24,030 nt of DNA from Dehalococcoidia bacterium (GTDB lineage: Bacteria; Chloroflexota; Dehalococcoidia; GIF9; AB-539-J10), in assembly GCA_030589825.1 (NCBI GenBank), contig JAUUZT010000001.1, positions 1-24,030 of the forward strand, given 5' to 3'. Position 1 is the first letter of the stretch. Every line of letters starts with the position of its first letter. The position numbers were made by a program, and so were the translations under genes. A model generated the notes under the pieces. The model had not been told where the DNA came from. It did no database searches and saw nothing but the letters and a program-made list of their open reading frames with translations. Below, in pieces: positions 9,702 through 18,191 of the stretch.

Positions 9702-10615
9702 TCGACTTTATGGGGAAAAAGCAATGGTTTTTTCTGATATCTACTATAGCGATGGGATTATCAGTTGTCTCGTTAGCTGTTTTTGGGTTGCAGCCAGGGA
9801 TTGACTTTACTGGTGGCACTTCTATGACCCTTCGTTTCAATCCACAGGTTCAGCAGGAGGAACTACGACAGGAAATAACAACGTTTGGACACCCAGAGGC
9901 CATAATTCAAAGCAGCGACCAGGATTTCCTCATACGTATGAAAGAGATAACCCCTGCTGAGAGGGAAGAGTTATCCACGAGGTTGTCAGAAACACTAAAA
10001 ACTGAAGTTGTAGTACGTGACTATAATACGATTTCTCCATCTATCGCGACCGAGACGGCAAGAAATGCCGGCATTGCGGTGATGATTGCTGCTATAGCTA
10101 TGTTATTATATATTGCTTGGGCTTTCCGCAGAATGCCGAGTCCTTTCCGATGGGGGGCATGTGCCATAATTGCCTTGATTCATAATGTGCTTATCGTAGT
10201 AGGAATTTTCTCGATCTTGGGTAAGGTAGTGAATATAGAAATTGATGCCATGTTCTTAACTGGGGTGCTGACAGTAGTTGGTTATAGTATTAACAATACG
10301 GTTGTCGTTTTTGACCGTATAAGGGAAAATATTATTAAGGGTATCAATACTGATATTTCAGTAATAGTTAACTCCAGCCTTTTGGAAACTTTAGGGCGCT
10401 CTCTGAATACTTCTTTAACTACTATTTGCGTTATCTTGGCTCTCCTTCTTTTTGGTGGGGCAACGATTCATAGTTTTATGCTGGTATTACTTATAGGACT
10501 GATTGCTGGTACATATAGTTCGATGTTAATAGCGGGACCACTGTTGGTAGTCTGGGAGAAAAGGGAATGGCGAAAGATGTTTTCAGGTCTGTCCTTTGCT
10601 AAAAAACCAGCATAA
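9698..10615 (+). CDS. secF: Protein translocase subunit SecF
   Basis: GIDFTGGT, GYSINNTVVVFDRIRE, LGRSLNTS, GTYSS; ATGA overlap with secD. Confidence 0.97.
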   Translation: MIDFMGKKQWFFLISTIAMGLSVVSLAVFGLQPGIDFTGGTSMTLRFNPQVQQEELRQEITTFGHPEAIIQSSDQDFLIRMKEITPAEREELSTRLSETLKTEVVVRDYNTISPSIATETARNAGIAVMIAAIAMLLYIAWAFRRMPSPFRWGACAIIALIHNVLIVVGIFSILGKVVNIEIDAMFLTGVLTVVGYSINNTVVVFDRIRENIIKGINTDISVIVNSSLLETLGRSLNTSLTTICVILALLLFGGATIHSFMLVLLIGLIAGTYSSMLIAGPLLVVWEKREWRKMFSGLSFAKKPA

Positions 10616-10669
10616 TAATTATAGGAATACTACTAAGAGTAGTTGAAAGACATTGCAGTTGTAGCTATA

Positions 10670-11704
10670 TTATTTTTCAAGGTTATGAATGTTCTTTACA
10701 TCTATAAGAGTCTCTTCAAATCCATCGTGGTATTCTGATGGTGCTTTACCTAAGGGGTCATTTATTTTGGGGTTACCTAGGAGGATGTTGAAAGTAGACT
10801 CCACCGAAAAAGCAATTACTTGCAAATTGTAACCACCTTCTAGAGTAAAGATAAGCCGACCATTACACAGTTCTGTTGCCAAGTCTTTAAGTATAGTTGT
10901 TATATGAGCGAACCCGGTTATACTTGATTGCATCATGGCTAGGTTGTCTGCCCAATGAGCATCAAATCCTGCGGAGACTAGAATAACCTGTGGTTGGAAT
11001 CTTCTTGCTACTGGGACTAGAATTTCATTGTAAATCCTGAAGTATTCTTGATCTCCCCACCTAGCCCTCATCGGAAAATTTACTGTGAACCCTTTTCCCC
11101 TTTCTTCTCCTATTTCGTTGATGCTTCCTGAGCCAGGGAAGAAGGGATATTGATGTGTCGAAAAGTAGAGAACTCTGGGATCGTCGTAAAAAGTATCTTG
11201 GGTACCATTTCCATGATGGACATCAAAATCAACAATGAGGATACGGTCAATATCCAGGTTAGCAAGTGCAAATTTTGCAGCAATGGCTATGTTGTTAAAC
11301 AAACAAAATCCCATTGAATGTTTATTAACTGCGTGATGGCCCGGAGGTCTAACCATAGCGAAGGCATTGTTTACTTCATTATTCCACACTGCTTTTAGTG
11401 CGGTTATTAATCCCCCTGCAGCATAGAGAGCTGCTTCATATGACTTTGGGCAGACAAAAGTATCCGGGTCCAACCAGCCTCCGCCATTTTCTACGGTATT
11501 TTTTAGCTTGGCGATATATCTTTGACTATGTACCATCTCTATTTCTTTCTCTGAGGCGATACGTGGCTGAATTGAGGTGACAGCCTCTTCAATGCTTGTT
11601 TGTTTCAGATGGGACATTATAGAGATGAGTCTACTAGCATTTTCTGGATGTTCTCCTGTGTTATGCTCCAAATAAATAGGATCATAAACCAGTCCAGATT
11701 TCAT
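10670..11704 (-). CDS. Histone deacetylase-family (Zn-dependent acetylpolyamine/lysine deacetylase) protein
   Basis: HPENASRL, RPPGHHA, GFCLFNN, DFDVHHGNGTQ, SAGFDAH, LEGGY. Confidence 0.93.
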   Translation of the reverse strand: MKSGLVYDPIYLEHNTGEHPENASRLISIMSHLKQTSIEEAVTSIQPRIASEKEIEMVHSQRYIAKLKNTVENGGGWLDPDTFVCPKSYEAALYAAGGLITALKAVWNNEVNNAFAMVRPPGHHAVNKHSMGFCLFNNIAIAAKFALANLDIDRILIVDFDVHHGNGTQDTFYDDPRVLYFSTHQYPFFPGSGSINEIGEERGKGFTVNFPMRARWGDQEYFRIYNEILVPVARRFQPQVILVSAGFDAHWADNLAMMQSSITGFAHITTILKDLATELCNGRLIFTLEGGYNLQVIAFSVESTFNILLGNPKINDPLGKAPSEYHDGFEETLIDVKNIHNLEK

Positions 11705-11710
11705 GAATAT

Positions 11711-11719
11711 ATTATATCA
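11711..11719 (-). promoter_or_regulatory. Extended -10 promoter, leaderless HDAC transcript
   Basis: Minus strand TGa-TATAAT-atattc-ATG: a perfect extended -10 element 6 nt before the start codon; no SD. Confidence 0.7.
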
Positions 11720-11860
11720 GAGTGGATAATATGGAAATTGTGATTTTAAGCAGATGGGATGAGCCATAATTTAGTATAAAGTGGTAAAATCTGATCTATT
11801 GGATGTTGAAACATATACTTATTCAGCAAGAAAGTGCATTGGGAATGGCTGAATGCAGCA

Positions 11861-12805
11861 TTAGTTTCGCATTGATAGTTTTCTTGTATAGAATTTTTTG
11901 CCATTGTATTCAGTCTCTACTAATTTACCTTCGATGATTAGTCTTTTAATAAGATAAGCGTCAGTGTTAGATTTCAATAGAAACTCGTTTATAGCATCCT
12001 CTCTCATGGGATGAACTGAGGTTATGCTAAGTAAATCGTCTTCGGCGTTATTGGTAAAGGCGAAGGCATTTCCTTCGTAGCCTAGTAGATATTCTACGTT
12101 GTCTAGCTTTTCAGTAAACATTTGATAAGCATTGTTTATACTATATTCACGAGCTGGTTTAACCCATTTTTCTGCTGGAGGTCTGGTGGGTATTGCTATA
12201 TAAGCGATGCTTGGGTTTATGTCCATTAGATAACTAGCTATTTTTTTGATTTCATTCTGGTTATCGTTTACATCTTTTATTAGCATTGTTTCAGTTACCA
12301 GGGTTCCCTTGAACATGCTGGAAAAGGTACTTATGCCCTTTAGAATGTCTTTTAGTTTCAGTGCCCCATGTGGTCTGTCAATCTGGCGCCAATGTTCTTC
12401 GCTCACGGCATCAACTTTAAGAGAAACCCAATCGGCTTTTGCTAAGTCATCTCTAACAGAACTATTAGCTATCAACGATGCATTTGAAATTACAGCGATT
12501 TTTATTCCCAAGAATTTGAGCATATCGATTTCTTTCCCTAAATTAGCATCCAAAGTTGGTTCTCCATCAGGTACGAAGCTTAAATAATCAATGGGTTCCT
12601 TTTTCGTTTTGGCTTCTGCTACTTTGTTCAATACCTCTTTTATTATGTCATTGAATTTATAAAATTCCATACGGTTAAGCTGCATTTTTAGTGTTCTTCC
12701 TAACTGGCAATAAACACAGGCATATGAACATATCTTTGGAGGGATGTTATTTATTCCAAGGCTACGCCCTAGTCGTCTCGATGGAACTGGTCCAAAAACA
12801 TTCAT
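11861..12805 (-). CDS. Radical SAM protein, COG0731 (wyosine-synthase-related) short family, function unknown
   Basis: FGPVPSRRLGRSLGIN N-terminus, CxxxCxxC motif CSYACVYC, DGEPTL, ISNASL, SLKVDA, PTRPPAE. Confidence 0.88.
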   Translation of the reverse strand: MNVFGPVPSRRLGRSLGINNIPPKICSYACVYCQLGRTLKMQLNRMEFYKFNDIIKEVLNKVAEAKTKKEPIDYLSFVPDGEPTLDANLGKEIDMLKFLGIKIAVISNASLIANSSVRDDLAKADWVSLKVDAVSEEHWRQIDRPHGALKLKDILKGISTFSSMFKGTLVTETMLIKDVNDNQNEIKKIASYLMDINPSIAYIAIPTRPPAEKWVKPAREYSINNAYQMFTEKLDNVEYLLGYEGNAFAFTNNAEDDLLSITSVHPMREDAINEFLLKSNTDAYLIKRLIIEGKLVETEYNGKKFYTRKLSMRN

Positions 12806-12831
12806 AATATTATTTTTTGGTTATCGTGCAT

Positions 12832-12845
12832 TATCAGTACTGATA
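12832..12845. promoter_or_regulatory. Perfect 14-bp palindrome upstream of the radical SAM gene (candidate operator)
   Basis: TATCAGTACTGATA is its own reverse complement; it lies 26 nt upstream of ATG 12805. Confidence 0.35.
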
Positions 12846-13071
12846 TCTCTTATCTCCAGTTAGGTTAAATACAATAGCGGAGGAAGCAATAGATATTTGG
12901 ATATAGCAGCCACGATGTTTATACCATTCTAATTTATTCATTCTTGTTACATCCTCGATACCTTGTCAAGTTCATCTCTTAACTTCTTATAAGCTCTATC
13001 TAATTCTTTTACCATTACAGTAAGCTATTGCTCATCGTGAGTATTTTTATTAGCTCCTTTTAATTAAGAAT

Positions 13072-14646
13072 CTATATCATAAAGATACTGTTGTAGAAGT
13101 TTTTTGAGATATTGAGGTAGTTTTCCCTATATGATTTTATACTGATTGGGATATAGTCCATTATATCCTGAGCTGTTATACCATCTTCTCCTTTATTAGT
13201 TGCAGAGAAATCGCCGGAAAGTCCATGTATAAAAACACCCGTTTTTACGGCATTTTTTATAGATAATCCAAGACTGAAAATTCCAGCAATGGTTCCAGTC
13301 AGGACATCCCCACTCCCAGCGGTTGCCATGCCAGAGTTTCCGCTCATATTTATATTCACTGTTTCATCAGGATAACCGATGAGTGAATGAGCTCCTTTTA
13401 GTACTATTATGGAGTTGAGTTCCCTAGCCATTTGCTGTAAGACATTTATTTTATTTTCATTTATTTCTTCTGTTTTCATATTAGAGATTCTTGCCATCTC
13501 GCCCATGTGTGGGGTGAGAACGGTTTCAGCTTTTCTGTTTTTAATCAACTCTATATCATTTGAGATAGCAGTGAGCCCATCACCATCAATAAGTAGGGGT
13601 TTACTGATTAAAGGAGTTAGCTCTCGTACCAGTTGTTGTGTTTCTTCATTAAGAGAAAGACCTGGTCCTATAATAACCATGTCCATATTCTTAGTGATCT
13701 CAAGAAGTCTATCTTTGTTCTCCAGCGAAATACTTCCCGAAGCTGTTTCAGTTTGAGGGATAAAGACAATCTCGCTTCCTTTGCTTGCTAGGAAAGGTGA
13801 GATGGATATGGGAGTAGCCAGTCGTGAGTAACCACCTCCGGCTTTAAGAAATGATAAAGCAGAGAAATATGGTGCACCATAATACCCTGATGCTCCTGCA
13901 ATAATCAGTACCTTAGCGAAGTCTCCTTTATGAGCAGCTCTATTTCTTTCAGGAAGTTCCGTAGGATTGCTTATTTCTACCTTAATAGAATCAGAGCTGT
14001 AGAGTACTGGAGGGAAAGATATGTGTGATACATATAGTTTCCCACAGTGTCCATATCCAGGATAGAGAATATTTCCTATTTTGGGTAGCCCAAATGTTAT
14101 AGTGTAATCTGCATTTATCGCTGCGCCTTTCATTGCTCCGGTATCACCGCTTATTCCTGATGGAATATCAACACTAAACACTGTCTTATGGCTATTGTTT
14201 ATCATCTGAATTACATCTTTGCATAAGCCGCTTATATCTCTTGTTAATCCTATGCCCAGAATAGCATCAATGATAGCGTCTGAGTCATCTACTGCAGATT
14301 TAACATCCTCAATTGAGTCAATCTTGCAGATATCTATAGACATTTTTAATAATATCTGAAGATTCTTTTTTGCCTCTTCTTTGAATTTGGATTCGTTTCC
14401 TAATAGGAAAACTCTTACTTTCCCACCACCGGAATAAAGCTTTCTGGCGACAACTAATCCATCACCCCCATTGTTTCCTGTTCCACAAAAAACGGAGAAT
14501 TTTCTGTCCTCGACCCCAAATTCTTTTAGAATTGTGAAGTATACTGAAAGCCCTGCGTTTTCCATAAGTGTATCTGCAGGAATGCTGAAAGTATTGATGG
14601 CTTCTTTATCTAGGATTCTTAATTCATCTACTGCGCTTACTTTCAT
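13072..14646 (-). CDS. nnr: Bifunctional NAD(P)H-hydrate epimerase/dehydratase (NnrE-NnrD fusion, YjeF family)
   Basis: LMENAG, GTGNNGGDG, VDIPSG, HKGDF, IGPGL, LTPHMGEMAR, VLKGAHS, MATAGSGDVLTG. Confidence 0.95.
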   Translation of the reverse strand: MKVSAVDELRILDKEAINTFSIPADTLMENAGLSVYFTILKEFGVEDRKFSVFCGTGNNGGDGLVVARKLYSGGGKVRVFLLGNESKFKEEAKKNLQILLKMSIDICKIDSIEDVKSAVDDSDAIIDAILGIGLTRDISGLCKDVIQMINNSHKTVFSVDIPSGISGDTGAMKGAAINADYTITFGLPKIGNILYPGYGHCGKLYVSHISFPPVLYSSDSIKVEISNPTELPERNRAAHKGDFAKVLIIAGASGYYGAPYFSALSFLKAGGGYSRLATPISISPFLASKGSEIVFIPQTETASGSISLENKDRLLEITKNMDMVIIGPGLSLNEETQQLVRELTPLISKPLLIDGDGLTAISNDIELIKNRKAETVLTPHMGEMARISNMKTEEINENKINVLQQMARELNSIIVLKGAHSLIGYPDETVNINMSGNSGMATAGSGDVLTGTIAGIFSLGLSIKNAVKTGVFIHGLSGDFSATNKGEDGITAQDIMDYIPISIKSYRENYLNISKNFYNSIFMI

Positions 14647-14682
14647 TTCTCTATTTTCCTATACGGGCTTTTAACATATTAA

Positions 14683-14712
14683 ATTATAGCTCATGGTAAT
14701 CAGAATTTTAAA
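14683..14712 (-). promoter_or_regulatory. Promoter for nnr
   Basis: Minus strand TTTAAA (14712-14707), 18 nt, TATAAT (14688-14683); AGGA SD-like site downstream. The region is AT-rich, so a chance match is possible. Confidence 0.45.
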
Positions 14713-14976
14713 TCTGTATTTGCATTATAGTTAAACTAGTGAAAGGACACCTTGTTTTTTCTGGTTAAAAAATAATTTTAATGTAATTTATTATATCAAG
14801 CTATAGAGATGTTTAAGGTTAAAATGTTATTATGTGAGAGTTGGGTATGTTATTTTGTGGAATGCAGTATTTTTTTATGGCGTAGTATATTTCCATCAGG
14901 CTATGCCAGGATATTTATTTTGGCTCCTTATGTCATATCGATTGATATTGGTTAGACTTGAACAAAGGAGGGAAAT

Positions 14977-16986
14977 ATGAGTATGACAGCTACTGATAAT
15001 CAATGCATCAATACTATTCGGTTTCTGGCGGTGGATGCAGTGCAGAAGGCAAACTCGGGCCATCCAGGAGCGCCATTAGGACAATCGCCTATGGCTTATG
15101 TGCTATGGGACAGGTTTCTTAAACATAATCCTCATGATGTTGATTGGCCTGATCGTGATCGGTTTGTATTGTCAGTTGGTCACTTATCTGCCATGTTGTA
15201 CCCTTTACTATATTTGACGGGATATGATATCTCTCTGGAAGATATCAAGCAGTTTCGACAATGGGGAAGCAAGGCGGGAGGGCATCCTGAATATAAACTT
15301 GCACCAGGAGTTGAAGCAACCACGGGGCCATTGGGGCAGGGGTTTGCTATGGCTGTAGGTATGGCAGTGGCTGAGAGGTGGATAGCAGCTCGTTACAACC
15401 GCCTTGGGTATGAAATATTTAATCATTTTACGTATGTAATTGAGTCAGATGGCGGTATGATGGAAGGTATTACTTCGGAAGCTGCCTCGCTGGCTGGGAC
15501 GCTTAGGCTGGGTAAACTTATTTGTCTCTATGATGATAATGATATTTCTATTGAAGGGAATACTGATATCGCATTTGCTGAAAATGTTGGTCAACGGTTT
15601 AAAGCTTATGGTTGGCAGGTTATTTCAATAGATGGTATGGACTTATCCGCTGTGGATGAGGCTATTCGGATGGCACAGGCAGATGATGGTCATCCAAGTC
15701 TGATAATCTGTAAGACTATCATTGCTTATGGTAGTCCCAACAAAGAAGGCAGTGCTTCAACCCATGGGACACCGTTGGGGGAAGAAGAGGTACGTTTGAC
15801 CAAGGATAATCTTGGATGGACATATGAAGAAGCTTTCACAGTTCCATCCGAGGTTTTGGCTCATTGTAGACAGGCAGTGGAACGGGGGAATAAACAGCAG
15901 CAAGAATGGAAGAAAAAACTGAGTGAATATCAAAAGGCTTATCCATTGGAGGCTGAGCAGTTAGAGAAGGATCTCCGTAAAGAGTTACCGCAGGGATGGG
16001 ATAGTGAATTGGAGGAAATGTTTAAGGCTGATGACAATCCTATTGCCACGCGAAAAGCTTCAGGACGTGTAATAAACAAGATAGCACAGAAAGTTCCTTT
16101 CTTCATGGGAGGCTCTGCAGACCTTGCTCCTTCAGTAAATGCCAGATTAGAGGATTGTGGGGATTTTAGTTTTCAAGATTATACGGGTCGTAACATACAT
16201 TTTGGCATTAGAGAGCATGCAATGGGAGCTATAGCTAATGGTATTGCTCTGCATGGAGGAGCGATACCTTTTACATCGACTTTCTTCACCTTCTCAGATT
16301 ATATGCGTCCCTCAGTGCGTATGGCGGCACTTATGGGCCTCCAAGTAGTGTTCATTTTTAGCCATGACTCGATTGCTGTTGGAGAGGATGGCCCTACTCA
16401 TGAACCTGTTGAACAACTCATGGGATTTAGAGCTATGCCAAATCTGATAACTATTCGTCCTGCAGATGCTACAGAGACGGTTGAGGCATGGAAAGTGGCG
16501 ATGGAAAATAGTAAAAGTCCTACTGCTTTAGTCTTTAGCCGTCAGGACCTTCCTGTATTAAATCGCAAAATATTGGCTTCTGCTAGTGGTCTACGACGAG
16601 GGGGATATGTGATCTGGGACGCAGCGAAAAAGCCTGATGTTATTATTATAGGGACTGGATCTGAGTTGCACATTGCCCTTGAGGGTGGGCGTTTATTGAA
16701 AGATAAAGGGATAATGGCTCGGGTTGTATCATTACCATCATGGGACTTGTTTGATGCTCAGCCTGAAAGTTACCGTAATGAAGTCTTGCCTCCAGATATG
16801 CGAGCACGTATATCCGTGGAAGCTGGTGCAACCACTGGATGGGAACGATATATTGGTCTCGATGGAACTGCTATTGGGGTATCTTGTTTTGGCGCCACAG
16901 GCAAGGGGGAGGTGGTTTATGAGAAGTATGGATTTAGTGCTCAAAGGGTGGTAGATGAAGTTTTGAGACTTCTACATCGAAAATGA
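14977..16986 (+). CDS. tkt: Transketolase
   Basis: ANSGHPGAPLG, DRDRFVLS, GHPEY, TTGPLGQG, ThDP motif SDGGMMEG...YDDN, FGIREHAM, HDSIAVGEDGPTH; SD AAGGAGG. Confidence 0.97.
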   Translation: MSMTATDNQCINTIRFLAVDAVQKANSGHPGAPLGQSPMAYVLWDRFLKHNPHDVDWPDRDRFVLSVGHLSAMLYPLLYLTGYDISLEDIKQFRQWGSKAGGHPEYKLAPGVEATTGPLGQGFAMAVGMAVAERWIAARYNRLGYEIFNHFTYVIESDGGMMEGITSEAASLAGTLRLGKLICLYDDNDISIEGNTDIAFAENVGQRFKAYGWQVISIDGMDLSAVDEAIRMAQADDGHPSLIICKTIIAYGSPNKEGSASTHGTPLGEEEVRLTKDNLGWTYEEAFTVPSEVLAHCRQAVERGNKQQQEWKKKLSEYQKAYPLEAEQLEKDLRKELPQGWDSELEEMFKADDNPIATRKASGRVINKIAQKVPFFMGGSADLAPSVNARLEDCGDFSFQDYTGRNIHFGIREHAMGAIANGIALHGGAIPFTSTFFTFSDYMRPSVRMAALMGLQVVFIFSHDSIAVGEDGPTHEPVEQLMGFRAMPNLITIRPADATETVEAWKVAMENSKSPTALVFSRQDLPVLNRKILASASGLRRGGYVIWDAAKKPDVIIIGTGSELHIALEGGRLLKDKGIMARVVSLPSWDLFDAQPESYRNEVLPPDMRARISVEAGATTGWERYIGLDGTAIGVSCFGATGKGEVVYEKYGFSAQRVVDEVLRLLHRK

Positions 16987-17068
16987 TAAGTGAAGTGAAT
17001 GGAGGATTTTCATTCAGGTATTTGGCTTTATCCTTAATTTATGGTGAAGAGGAGGGAGGAGTACTTAG

Positions 17069-18190
17069 ATGAACTCTATTAAAGAAGCTCAGCGATTGGG
17101 GCAGGATATATGGCTTGATTATATTCAGCGAGGCTTAATTAATACTGGTGAGTTTCGGAGATATATTGAATGGGGTATTAGTGGTGTGACTTCAAACCCT
17201 ACCATTTTTGAAAAAGCGATAACAGGGAATAGTGATTATGACGAGTCGTTGTTGACATTAGCTAGGGAGAATAAGGATAAAGTCGAAATTTATGAAGCCT
17301 TGGTTATACAAGATATTGGAGCTGCTGCTGATATACTGCGCCCGGTATATGAAAAATCTAGAGGAGAGCGTGGTTATGTTAGCCTGGAGGTTAATCCCAA
17401 GTTGGCTTATGATTCGGATGGCACAGTTGAGGAGGGTTTGAGATTATTTGCTGCACTGAATCGTCCCAATATAATGATTAAAGTTCCAGCTACAGTTGAA
17501 GGTATATCTGCAATTAGTCGCCTTGTTGGTAAAGGCATTAGTGTCAATGTCACACTATTGTTCTCTCTTGATAGCTATCAACAATCAGTAGATGCCTATA
17601 TAGCAGGTCTGGAAGAACTGGTTCAGAAAAATGTAGATATAACTAGAGTGGCTTCTGTCGCCTCATTGTTCATCAGTCGAATCGATACAGCGGTGGATAC
17701 CTTATTGAATGAGCATATTCAACAGGGGCAGGAACAATTAGAGACCCTGTATGGTAAGGCAGGGGTTGCTACTGCCAAATTGCTTAATCAATCATACAAA
17801 GATAATTTTGGTAGTGAACGGTTTGCTAAGTTGAAGGCAAAAGGCGCTCGTGTACAGAAGCCTCTATGGGCAAGTACAAGTACTAAGAATCCTGCTTATA
17901 GTGATCTATTATATGTAGAGCCACTTATCGGACCGAATACAATAAATACTATGCCTCTTGGGGTGATTACTGCTTTCCTTGAGCACGGGAAAGTCAGAGC
18001 TACTTTGGATGAGGATCTTGCTGAGGCTAGGCATACCTTTGCAAACCTTGATAGGGCTGGAATTAATATGGAAACTGTGACTGGGAAGCTATTGGATAAA
18101 GGTGTTAAAGCTTTTATTGATTCCTTTGATAAATTACTGGATGGAATAACTGAGAAGAGTGGGTTGCTCACCACAAGGCAAGCTAATTGA
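17069..18190 (+). CDS. tal: Transaldolase (long, actinobacterial/plant-like type)
   Basis: IWLDYI, GVTSNPTIF, VSLEVNP, Schiff-base NIMIKVPAT, NVTLLFS, PLWASTSTKNP; tandem SD GAGGAGGGAGGAG at 17049-17061. Confidence 0.95.
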   Translation: MNSIKEAQRLGQDIWLDYIQRGLINTGEFRRYIEWGISGVTSNPTIFEKAITGNSDYDESLLTLARENKDKVEIYEALVIQDIGAAADILRPVYEKSRGERGYVSLEVNPKLAYDSDGTVEEGLRLFAALNRPNIMIKVPATVEGISAISRLVGKGISVNVTLLFSLDSYQQSVDAYIAGLEELVQKNVDITRVASVASLFISRIDTAVDTLLNEHIQQGQEQLETLYGKAGVATAKLLNQSYKDNFGSERFAKLKAKGARVQKPLWASTSTKNPAYSDLLYVEPLIGPNTINTMPLGVITAFLEHGKVRATLDEDLAEARHTFANLDRAGINMETVTGKLLDKGVKAFIDSFDKLLDGITEKSGLLTTRQAN

Positions 18191-18191
18191 A

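Noticed and set aside
11821-11854. ATTCAGC...GCTGAAT inverted repeat after the radical SAM stop
   Set aside because: Large asymmetric interior and no U-tract; only a possible weak terminator.
11861-12805. Radical SAM gene as queuine lyase QueL serving the tgt-yhhQ operon
   Set aside because: It is 7 kb away with unrelated genes between, its N-terminus matches COG0731, and nothing in the sequence supports the link. An HMM comparison would settle it.
13072-13074. TAG read-through (pyrrolysine) of nnr, or at the in-frame TAG in the downstream spacer
   Set aside because: Read-through of nnr adds only three residues before a TAA, and there are no pyl genes in the window.
14840-14976. TPP riboswitch in the long tkt leader
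   Set aside because: No CUGAGA or AACCUGA..UAAU core motifs found in the correct orientation.
16996-17016. Hairpin TGAATGGA-ggatt-TTCATTCA between tkt and tal
   Set aside because: Weak stem with a wobble and no U-tract; no function can be supported.
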